Shown here piece after piece: positions 1-9,914 of a stretch of DNA of 64,000 bases (its first letter is position 1; each line of letters opens with the position of its first letter). The position numbers and the translations under genes were made by a program. Origin of the DNA: a virus; the IMG/VR virus record IMGVR_UViG_3300021354_000450, positions 1-64,000 of that record, one strand, 5' to 3'. The notes beneath the pieces are model-generated. The model saw only the letters and a list, made by a program, of their open reading frames with translations. It was not told the DNA's origin and did no database searches.

Positions 1-254
1 AAGTTAAAAAAGATCTTGAAGAATTAAAAGATGAATTAACTGAAACTGAAATCAGTGACATTGAAAAAGTTATTGCAGATATTGAAGAAATTGTTAAAGG
101 TGAAGATATCGATGCAATTAAAGCCGAAGTTGAAAAATTAATACCTTTTATGACAACTCTGTATCAAAAGAAAAATAAAACAGAAGAAAGTGAAACATCA
201 ACATCTTCTTCAGAAGACAATGTAGTAGATGCAGAATTTACAGAAGCAGTTTAA
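1..254 (+). CDS. dnaK: DnaK/Hsp70, C-terminal end (partial)
   Basis: Frame 3 translates to ...KGEDIDAIKAEVEKL...EDNVVDAEFTEAV*, a typical DnaK tail, directly before groEL. Confidence 0.85.
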   Translation, partial: VKKDLEELKDELTETEISDIEKVIADIEEIVKGEDIDAIKAEVEKLIPFMTTLYQKKNKTEESETSTSSSEDNVVDAEFTEAV

Positions 255-259
255 CTTAA

Positions 260-1925
<1,666 letters not shown>

Positions 1926-1927
1926 AT

Positions 1928-1989
1928 TTGAAAGGTAGTGCTCAATTGAGGCTACCTTTCAATCTTGCTTATTAAGGAGAAAAATAATG
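1928..1989 (+). promoter_or_regulatory. ROSE-like RNA thermometer in the hsp20 5' UTR
   Basis: Hairpin TTGAAAGGTAG...CTACCTTTCAA, then TCTTGCTT-att-AAGGAGA placing the UUGCU motif opposite the Shine-Dalgarno. Confidence 0.7.
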
Positions 1990-2412
1990 GCACAACTTGT
2001 TAGATTTGATACAGCAGCCTTGAATAAGGCGCTTGTTGGTTACGATCAACTGTTTTTAGATTTTGAAGGACGTTTTGCTAGTCAAGTGCAAAACAACTAT
2101 CCTCCGCATAATATTCTTAAATATGATGATGAACGTTATGAAATTCAAGTAGCAGTTGCAGGATTTCGTAAAGATGAAATTGAAGTAACAACAGAAAATA
2201 ATATATTAATTGTTAAAGGTGTAAGATTTGAAGAACCTATAAATGCAGAATATATTCATAAAGGTTTAGCTGCTCGTGATTTTGAAAGGTATTTTAAACT
2301 TGAAGGATATCTTGAAGTTTATAATGCAGAAATAAAAGATGGATTGTTAATAATTAAATTAATTAGAAATGTTCCTGAAGAAAAGAAACCTAAAACAATT
2401 AAAATTAAGTAA
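1987..2412 (+). CDS. Small heat shock protein (IbpA/Hsp20 family)
   Basis: NYPPHNI, AVAGF, YIHKGLAARDFER, GLLIIKL...PEEKKP. Confidence 0.95.
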   Translation: MAQLVRFDTAALNKALVGYDQLFLDFEGRFASQVQNNYPPHNILKYDDERYEIQVAVAGFRKDEIEVTTENNILIVKGVRFEEPINAEYIHKGLAARDFERYFKLEGYLEVYNAEIKDGLLIIKLIRNVPEEKKPKTIKIK

Positions 2413-2431
2413 TCATTAAAAAGGAATCACT

Positions 2432-2734
2432 ATGTCAGATACGATAACAAAAACACGAGAAAAAACTAAAACTGTAATCCTAGAACCTGGAAAATACAAA
2501 GTTTTACTTATAAACGATGACAAAACTACTTATGAATTTGTTATGTCATTATTGATGACGGTGTTTCGACATAGTGAAGTTTCAGCTGCCGATATTACAT
2601 TAAAAGTACATAACGAAGGTAGTGGTGTTGCTGGAATTTATAGTCATGAAATTGCTGAACAAAAAGGTGTTGAAGGAACAACACTTGCTCGTAAATTTGG
2701 ATACCCATTAGTAATTAAAGTTGAACCAGAATAA
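2432..2734 (+). CDS. clpS: Clp protease adaptor ClpS
   Basis: YKVLLINDDKTTYEFV, VHNEGSGVAGIY, YPL. Confidence 0.93.
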   Translation: MSDTITKTREKTKTVILEPGKYKVLLINDDKTTYEFVMSLLMTVFRHSEVSAADITLKVHNEGSGVAGIYSHEIAEQKGVEGTTLARKFGYPLVIKVEPE

Positions 2735-2742
2735 GGATAAAA

Positions 2743-3285
2743 ATGAGTTTAAAAGATTTAACAAAAGATAAACATACAGAAGCAGAACATACAGCATTTA
2801 TGAAAGCTGTTTTTAAAAATGCAATGCCATTAAGTGTATGGGCAGATTTTACATATCAAAAATCAAATCTATATGCAAGTATTGAAACAGTTGCACGTGA
2901 CGCAGGGATTACATTAGATTTTTTAGAAATCGAACGTGCATTAAAATTGTATCATGATGCAAAAACAATGACAAACGGTAACTATCCTAAATTAAGAGCT
3001 GTCACAATTGAGTATAGTCGTTATTTGTTAGATTTAGTTGGTCAGACAGATAAAATCTTAGCACACTTATATGTATGGCATATGGGTGATTTACATGGTG
3101 GGCAAATGATTAAGAAAGTAATTGATGCTCCTCATACTAATTTAGACTTTGAAAACATTGAAGAACTTAAAACAAAGATTCGTTTAAAATTAAATGACAA
3201 TCTTGCTGAAGAAGCAAACGTTGCTTTTGATTGGGCAATTCGTATTATGAAAAGCTATGACGAAGAATTTTCAACAAATGAATGA
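2743..3285 (+). CDS. Heme oxygenase (HemO/Ho1-like)
   Basis: LKDLTKDKHTEAE proximal His helix; AHLYVWHMGDLHGGQMI; EEANVAF. Confidence 0.92.
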   Translation: MSLKDLTKDKHTEAEHTAFMKAVFKNAMPLSVWADFTYQKSNLYASIETVARDAGITLDFLEIERALKLYHDAKTMTNGNYPKLRAVTIEYSRYLLDLVGQTDKILAHLYVWHMGDLHGGQMIKKVIDAPHTNLDFENIEELKTKIRLKLNDNLAEEANVAFDWAIRIMKSYDEEFSTNE

Positions 3286-3949
3286 AGTTTGGTCTAAAGT
3301 AATTTCATGTTCAGATGCAATTATTGAAAGGTTAAGCCATACAGGTGTTGAATCAACGGGCATCAATGATGCTCGTTTTCCTTGGAAAGATCGATTATAC
3401 AGCAGTCATATATATCGAAGGGCACACTTAAATATTGTCGATGCACGTGATTCACATAAATTGTGGATGATGCATTGTACAATATTTCCTCATTTACATG
3501 ATTCTAGTCCTATTTTTGGATTAGACATTATTGCTGGACCAACTCGTATCAGTGGTGCATTTCATGATTTCTCTAAAACAGGAAATCCTAACCATTCTAT
3601 GATGCATTGGTTTGATCAACGTGTTGTAGATCTAAATTGGAAGAAAGAACGAGAATTGCCAGACTGGGCAAAACAAATCTTTAGTCCTGCAATGGTTGCA
3701 ATAGGAGCTGTTGATAATTTAGATGAGATTGATCAACTTATTGAAGTTGTATTAACAAACTTAGATTATTATTTAGAAAATGTTGGTTCAACTCAAGATG
3801 ACTTATTTGGATATATAGATGAGCAAAATCGGTATTGCTATTATCAAAAACAGAATCCACATAATCCTCGTGTAATGCAAAGTTTAGGATTAAGTGAAGA
3901 AGATGCTAAATCTTTTGTTGAGGAAATAATGTTTCCAGAAATAAGATAA
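3278..3949 (+). CDS. Ferredoxin-dependent bilin reductase (PcyA/PcyX-like)
   Basis: RRAHL, MMHCTIFP, PIFGLDII, RELPDWAKQIFS, QNRYCYYQKQNPH; coupled to heme oxygenase; ATG 3278 preferred over 3257. Confidence 0.88.
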   Translation: MNEVWSKVISCSDAIIERLSHTGVESTGINDARFPWKDRLYSSHIYRRAHLNIVDARDSHKLWMMHCTIFPHLHDSSPIFGLDIIAGPTRISGAFHDFSKTGNPNHSMMHWFDQRVVDLNWKKERELPDWAKQIFSPAMVAIGAVDNLDEIDQLIEVVLTNLDYYLENVGSTQDDLFGYIDEQNRYCYYQKQNPHNPRVMQSLGLSEEDAKSFVEEIMFPEIR

Positions 3950-3958
3950 ATAGTTTTT

Positions 3959-5317
3959 ATGAAAATACGTGAAGTTTTAAGTGAAGCAAAAGGAACATTT
4001 GGAAGAAAATCTGGTGATATCTATAAAGATGAAACAGGTAAAGAATATAGTTTTGTAAAATTAGAAACATTTCCAACTCAAGGAAAATTTAAATCTCTTG
4101 AAGAATTTCAAAATGCAGTTGAACAGGTTACACAAGAATATAAAGATTTAATTTGGGTTGATAAATCGCCAAGAAGTTTTGGTTCATTTGCGGTTGTTAC
4201 ATTGTCAGCTCAAAATGGAGAATTAAAACATTTTGCAAAAATATTTTCTGAAATTTCAGGAAACATGTTTAATAAATGGAGTAATAGTGGATTACCAGGA
4301 TTAACTTATCAAGGAAAAGGATCAAAAAAATCAGAAGCAGGATTTAAACCTCAACAGTTATTCCCTCAATCTGCTTCTTCATTTAACTCAGGTGAAGAGT
4401 TAGTCCAATCATTAATTTCTTCACCTTCACTTAATAATCATATTAAAGAAGGAATACAACAATTATCAAGTGGACAACTTCCGATATTTAAAGATGAAAA
4501 AGAAAATTTTGAAGCAATAAGAGATTTCTTAGGTGAAACACTTCAAGTAATAGCAATTACAAATAGTCCGCAATTAGTTACTGGTCAATTAGAAGTTGCA
4601 AGATCGAAGATAATGGGAAATATTCAATGGAAAGACTGTTCAATTGAATTTCCAAGAAATCAAAATTATGGATTAGTTGATAGTTTAATAACTGCACCAT
4701 CAGGAGAACAAATTGGAATAAGTTCAAAAGGTGGTTCAGGTGCAAATGCAAGTATTAAAAATATCTATGATTCGTTAACAAAATTATCCAAAGAACTTAA
4801 AGCAGAACTAACTATAAAATATCCTCTTACTACACAAGTTATTTCAGTTATTGCAACAAATTCAGCACTTAATGGACCAATTGAGTTAGGAAAAATTCTT
4901 AATTTAATAGATGATAACAACGGTTTAGAAATTAAGAAACATATTGCATCACACGAAAAAAACATTGACAATATTTCACCTTGGGCAAAAGAATTTATAA
5001 AATTATATAAAATGAAAGAACCACAAGGATGGAATTACGGTTATTGGTTATTAGCAAATCTTGCAAAAGAATGTGCAAAAAATGTAAATCAAGATCCTTT
5101 GTTTAGTGAAGGTTGTTTAGCATTTTTAAATAATACAAGTATTGTTCAAGTGTATACAAATGCTTCAATTTCTGAAAATGATGTAAAATTACAAAACTTT
5201 AAAGCAATTTATCCACCAAAATTTTCAGGAAGAATTTTACTCGATGGTGCAAAAATGTATAATGCAAGAGGAATTATCGGGCGTTTTGGGTTTGGTCCTG
5301 ATAAAAAACACATCTAA
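3959..5317 (+). CDS. Hypothetical late protein, possibly PD-(D/E)XK-like nuclease fold
   Basis: 452 aa after a TAAATA element; FP...NYGLVD...GISSKGG segment resembles a restriction-endonuclease core. Confidence 0.4.
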   Translation: MKIREVLSEAKGTFGRKSGDIYKDETGKEYSFVKLETFPTQGKFKSLEEFQNAVEQVTQEYKDLIWVDKSPRSFGSFAVVTLSAQNGELKHFAKIFSEISGNMFNKWSNSGLPGLTYQGKGSKKSEAGFKPQQLFPQSASSFNSGEELVQSLISSPSLNNHIKEGIQQLSSGQLPIFKDEKENFEAIRDFLGETLQVIAITNSPQLVTGQLEVARSKIMGNIQWKDCSIEFPRNQNYGLVDSLITAPSGEQIGISSKGGSGANASIKNIYDSLTKLSKELKAELTIKYPLTTQVISVIATNSALNGPIELGKILNLIDDNNGLEIKKHIASHEKNIDNISPWAKEFIKLYKMKEPQGWNYGYWLLANLAKECAKNVNQDPLFSEGCLAFLNNTSIVQVYTNASISENDVKLQNFKAIYPPKFSGRILLDGAKMYNARGIIGRFGFGPDKKHI

Positions 5318-5377
5318 TTAAACACCTATAGAACTTAGTCATTCTCCTTTGTAAATATACAACAAAGGAGCATTTTA

Positions 5378-5866
5378 ATGACTAAAGTATTTGGGTTTTT
5401 TTTATTTCTTGCATCTTCACTTTCATTTGCAAATGAACTTCAGTTTCAATTTAATAGTCCTTCATTTAGTGGGATTGGTTATAGTTCTCATATTTTAACT
5501 ATCCAACAATTAGAAAATCAAGCAGTTTCTCAAAATCAAGCAGCCGCACAATCATTAGCAGCACAAGCAGCCGCAGCTTCTGCAAATACTCCACAAGCAC
5601 AATTTGTTTCAAATTTACAATCAAGAATTTATTCACAACTTGCTCAACAAATTACAAATAGTTTATTTGGCGATAATGGTTCATCAAGTTGTACAACTTC
5701 TACTACATGTCCAAGTGGTGAAGTAGATGTTGGCGGAAATACAATTTCTTGGAAATTAGGTGTAACAGGTACACCAGATGCAGGAATAATTATTATTCAT
5801 ATTCAAAGTGATTCTACAGGTCAATATACAAATATGAAAATCCCAGTTGGAACTTTTTATTTTTAA
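5378..5866 (+). CDS. csgF: Curli assembly protein CsgF-like
   Basis: Signal peptide then ELQFQFNSPSFSG; QFVSNLQSRIYSQLA. Confidence 0.85.
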   Translation: MTKVFGFFLFLASSLSFANELQFQFNSPSFSGIGYSSHILTIQQLENQAVSQNQAAAQSLAAQAAAASANTPQAQFVSNLQSRIYSQLAQQITNSLFGDNGSSSCTTSTTCPSGEVDVGGNTISWKLGVTGTPDAGIIIIHIQSDSTGQYTNMKIPVGTFYF

Positions 5867-5868
5867 TT

Positions 5869-6669
5869 ATGAAAATACTTATATTATTAGTTTTATTATT
5901 ACAAGGTTGTGCAACAGGTAGTGCATTGAATAATTTAATAACCGGAAATCAATTTGATGATCCTGTTAACGAAAGTACTAGCAAATATCTTAATAAACAA
6001 GAAAATCATTTAAAACCTCCTGCTAATGGCCCAGTTCCTGTTGCAGTTTATGGATTCTTAGATAAAACAGGACAACGAAAATCAGTAACCGGTATTGCTA
6101 GTCTTAGTTCTGCTGTTACACAAGGTGGTGAAGGTTATTTAATTAAAGCACTTCAAGATGTAGGTGACTCGAGATGGTTTAGAGTTGTTGAACGTGTTGG
6201 TCTTGAAAATTTAGTTAAAGAAAGACAAATGATAAGACAAATGCGTGAACAGTTTCAAGGTAAAGATGCAGTTGCTTTACCACCTATGACATTTGCTGGT
6301 ATTATTGTCGAAGGATCAATAGTTGGATATGATTCAAATACGATTACAGGTGGTGCTGGCGTAAGAATTTTTGGTATTGGTGCTGATACACAATATCAAA
6401 GTGATACAGTTACAATTTGTTTAAGAACTGTTTCTGTTAATAATGGTGAAGTTTTAACAAGTGTGACTATAACAAAAACTGTATTGAGCTATATTGATAG
6501 AGTTGGTCTTTTGAAATTTATTGATGCTGGAACAATGGCAATTGAAGCAGAAGTTGGAGGATCAATAAATGAAAGTATTAATAGAGCAACTAATAAAGCA
6601 ATACAAGCCGCAGTTTTAGAAACAATTAAAGAAGGTGTCCGTAAAGGGTTATGGTCATTTAAAGACTAA
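5869..6669 (+). CDS. csgG: Curli secretion channel CsgG-like lipoprotein
   Basis: Lipobox LQGC; VAVYGFLDKTGQRK, SSAVTQG, WFRVVERVGLENLVKERQMIR, EGSIVGYDSN. Confidence 0.93.
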   Translation: MKILILLVLLLQGCATGSALNNLITGNQFDDPVNESTSKYLNKQENHLKPPANGPVPVAVYGFLDKTGQRKSVTGIASLSSAVTQGGEGYLIKALQDVGDSRWFRVVERVGLENLVKERQMIRQMREQFQGKDAVALPPMTFAGIIVEGSIVGYDSNTITGGAGVRIFGIGADTQYQSDTVTICLRTVSVNNGEVLTSVTITKTVLSYIDRVGLLKFIDAGTMAIEAEVGGSINESINRATNKAIQAAVLETIKEGVRKGLWSFKD

Positions 6670-6684
6670 GGAGCGAAATAAAAA

Positions 6685-7473
6685 ATGAAAAAAATAATGT
6701 TAACTTTGTTGTTTATATCACAATCTGTATTTGCAGGAGATATATTAACAACAGGTCCAAATAATGTATATATTGAACAAATAGGTACATCAAATACAAT
6801 TACAATTGAACAGGTTGGTGGAACTAATAGTGTTGGCGGAATAACTGGAACAACTTCAGTTGATGCAGCTGGTGTAACAACTTTAACTCCGGCAGCCGCT
6901 AGTACATTAAACTATGCAATGATTATTGGTAGCAATAATATTTTTGCAATTACTCAACATGGAAATAACGATTGGGCACAATATAGTATTTTTGGAAATA
7001 ACAATACTTATAATAGCACAGTTACTGGAAGCAATAACCAAACTCAATTAACAATCGGTGATCAGTTAAATTCAAACAATTTACACAATATAATTAATGA
7101 AACATTTTCTGGTGACAGCAACATGTCTTTTCATCACATTATTGGAAATTATATTACAAGTAACTTAACAGTAGCTGGAAATCTTAACCAAGTTACGCAA
7201 AATTTAAATGGTGTTACCGGTACTGCAAGTTTTTCTGATTCAAGTAACATTAATGTTTCTGGTAATAGCAATATTTTAAATACACAACAAACTGATGTCG
7301 GTATTCATTCAGTAACTGAAACCGTTGTTGGAAGTAATAATGCAATTTATACTCAACAACAAGGTGCAAATAATACTAATGTTGATATTAACACACAAGG
7401 AAGTTATAACACAGTTACTATTAGAACAAGTTCTTCTTCAATAGTATCTCCACAATCTGCTATCGCAAGATAA
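6685..7473 (+). CDS. Curlin-repeat (CsgA/CsgB-like) secreted protein
   Basis: Signal peptide; N/Q/G/T-rich repeats such as YIEQIGTSNTITIEQVG and QxGxxN. Confidence 0.75.
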   Translation: MKKIMLTLLFISQSVFAGDILTTGPNNVYIEQIGTSNTITIEQVGGTNSVGGITGTTSVDAAGVTTLTPAAASTLNYAMIIGSNNIFAITQHGNNDWAQYSIFGNNNTYNSTVTGSNNQTQLTIGDQLNSNNLHNIINETFSGDSNMSFHHIIGNYITSNLTVAGNLNQVTQNLNGVTGTASFSDSSNINVSGNSNILNTQQTDVGIHSVTETVVGSNNAIYTQQQGANNTNVDINTQGSYNTVTIRTSSSSIVSPQSAIAR

Positions 7474-8558
7474 TGTTTTGGGTTGTTTTATTCTTAGTAT
7501 CTATTAATGTATATGCTGATATTGGTTCAGTTGTAGATACTAAGGGTAACTCCTGCCAAATAGAACGTAACAAACAAAAACTTTCAGGTGAAAAAGGTTC
7601 AAAAATTGAAAGTATGGACATTTATTCAACAGCCGGCTGTGTTGCAAATATTACCTTTAAAGATGATACTAAAGTAAAGATTAATGAAAATAGTAGACTT
7701 CTTATTGATGATTTTGTTTTTGATCCTAAACAATCAGATGCCAGTAAACTTGCACTTAAGATAGGAATAGGAACTGTTCGGTATGCTTCCGGACAAATTG
7801 CTAAGAATAATCCACAACAAGTAGGAATAAAAACTCCAACTGCTACAATTGCTGTTAGAGGCACAGATTTCTCAATGACTGTTGATGAAACTGGTCAATC
7901 ATTAATAATGCTAGTACCAAGTTGCAAAGATGAAAAAGATGTTAAAAAATATGAATTACAAGAAAACACTTGCAAAGTTGGTCAAATTGATGTTACAACA
8001 CTTAGTGGTACTGTTTCACTTGATAAAGCTTTTGAAGCAACCTTTGTGCAAAGTGCAACAAATAATCCCACTCCACCTATTGTTGTTAATATTGTTGAAA
8101 CAAAAATCAGTAATAATTTAATAATAGTAAAGCCACCTGAAGTTCAAAATGCAATTAAAGAAGCTAAGAAAACGCAAAAAGATAAAGAAAATCAATCAAT
8201 GGAAGATGAAGTTACCCGAAGGTTAGCTACTCAAATTTCTAAAAATTCTGAAAGTTCTGATGCAAGAATATTACAATTAATGGAAGAAGCAAGAAATTCT
8301 AGGTGTAATCCAACAACCGGTATTTGTGTATCTTGGGAACATCCTAGTACAGAAACACAACAAAGTAAAGGTAAAGGTACTGCTTTTAGAATATTAGGTA
8401 CAGAGGATTATGCTGAAGTTAAGACACTTGGATACTCTTCAAATACTTCTGTTACAATAATTCAAAATTTTTCAACAGCAACAATGTTAATCGGAGATGG
8501 TTCGCCGGGCGGAAACAAAATTACTATTTTACAAAATCCTGGAGTTATTAAACCATGA
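7473..8558 (+). CDS. FecR-domain secreted protein
   Basis: ITFKDDTKVKINENSRL, GTVRYASG, IKTPTATIAVRGTDF. Confidence 0.85.
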   Translation: MFWVVLFLVSINVYADIGSVVDTKGNSCQIERNKQKLSGEKGSKIESMDIYSTAGCVANITFKDDTKVKINENSRLLIDDFVFDPKQSDASKLALKIGIGTVRYASGQIAKNNPQQVGIKTPTATIAVRGTDFSMTVDETGQSLIMLVPSCKDEKDVKKYELQENTCKVGQIDVTTLSGTVSLDKAFEATFVQSATNNPTPPIVVNIVETKISNNLIIVKPPEVQNAIKEAKKTQKDKENQSMEDEVTRRLATQISKNSESSDARILQLMEEARNSRCNPTTGICVSWEHPSTETQQSKGKGTAFRILGTEDYAEVKTLGYSSNTSVTIIQNFSTATMLIGDGSPGGNKITILQNPGVIKP

Positions 8559-9682
8559 AATTCTTAATTTTATTTTTTATACTTTGTTCAAATCTTTATG
8601 CTGACGGTATGGCTGGTTTGAATTATACAGTTTATGCAGCAGGCGGTGCTACTCCAACAATGACAACTAATAGAACTGTTCTTGCTACAGGTGTTACAAC
8701 TTCACTCGATTATAATTGGGGTTCTGGTGTTGTTATGAATAGTGGAAGATCAGATGGTGTTATCATTCATTTTACCGGTAATGTATTATGGCCTGGTGTA
8801 AATGGTAGTGGAAACAAATCTATAACATTTTATGATAGAAGTGACGATGGCTTCTATATGACAATCAATAATACGTTAGTAATTAATAATTGGAAAGAAC
8901 AAGGGCCTGCAAATTATAATAGTTCCGGAACTTTAAGTTTAACAGCTGGTCAAGTTTATGCAATAGATATTTGGTATTATGAAAATGGAGGAGGAGCAGT
9001 TGTTCAACTTAATTGGAATATTGGAAATGGAATAGTTGTTATACCAACTGCAAATTTAGGAACATTGCCAACATTCTTTGCCCCTGTTTTATGTTGTGGA
9101 GGTTCATCTGCAAGTTTTGTTGCAAATGCAATTGATGTTGCTAATCTGCAAACATTTATTAATAGATCAACTGCGGATAGTGAAGTATATATTAAACAAA
9201 TTGGCACATCAAATACAATTACTGTTAATCAAACCGGAACTAAAAATAATTACGCAAAGTATATAGGAAATGGTTCTAATAATAATGTAAGTATCAACGA
9301 ATCTGCAACAAATTCAGCTGCATCTAATTATTCAACATTAAATATCGTAGGTAATAATAATTCAACATCTATTATTCAACAAAATTCTGGAACAGGAAGT
9401 AAACAAGTATCTTCTAATATTATCGGTGATAATAGTTCATTAATAATAAACCAATCTGGAACAGGTAGTCAGTATATTGAAACGACGTTAAATGGAAATA
9501 GTAAACATGTTGATATAAGTCAAGTTGGAGCTGGAAATCATATGGCAAATGTTACTTTATCTGGAACACCAGTTGATTTAAGTTTAACACAAAGTGGTAA
9601 TTTACAACAATCATTTTCGATCGATTTTAATAGTACAGCAGTTGGTGGTAGTCCTAAAATCACAGTCCAACAAGGACCTTGA
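8555..9682 (+). CDS. PA14 domain plus curlin-repeat protein
   Basis: PA14 signatures LDYNWGSG, RSDDGF, WYYENGGGA; C-terminal QxGxxN repeats. Confidence 0.8.
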   Translation: MKFLILFFILCSNLYADGMAGLNYTVYAAGGATPTMTTNRTVLATGVTTSLDYNWGSGVVMNSGRSDGVIIHFTGNVLWPGVNGSGNKSITFYDRSDDGFYMTINNTLVINNWKEQGPANYNSSGTLSLTAGQVYAIDIWYYENGGGAVVQLNWNIGNGIVVIPTANLGTLPTFFAPVLCCGGSSASFVANAIDVANLQTFINRSTADSEVYIKQIGTSNTITVNQTGTKNNYAKYIGNGSNNNVSINESATNSAASNYSTLNIVGNNNSTSIIQQNSGTGSKQVSSNIIGDNSSLIINQSGTGSQYIETTLNGNSKHVDISQVGAGNHMANVTLSGTPVDLSLTQSGNLQQSFSIDFNSTAVGGSPKITVQQGP

Positions 9683-9695
9683 CACTAAATATTTG

Positions 9696-9914
9696 ATGCT
9701 TAAGATTTTAATAGTATCAGTAATTTTTTTAACAGGATGTGCAACACAACACATTGCTGAACCTTTAAATGAATTTAAAATAATTCAACCACTTCCACAA
9801 AAACTTCCGTGTGATTATAAAATTGCCGGAAAATGCAAACAATCAACCGCAACAGAAATTTCTGGTGCAACAACATTAGGACATTTGAATGAAGAACCCA
9901 AAATTAATCCTTAG
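9696..9914 (+). CDS. Small lipoprotein
   Basis: MLKILIVSVIFLTGC lipobox; TAAATA just upstream. Confidence 0.6.
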   Translation: MLKILIVSVIFLTGCATQHIAEPLNEFKIIQPLPQKLPCDYKIAGKCKQSTATEISGATTLGHLNEEPKINP

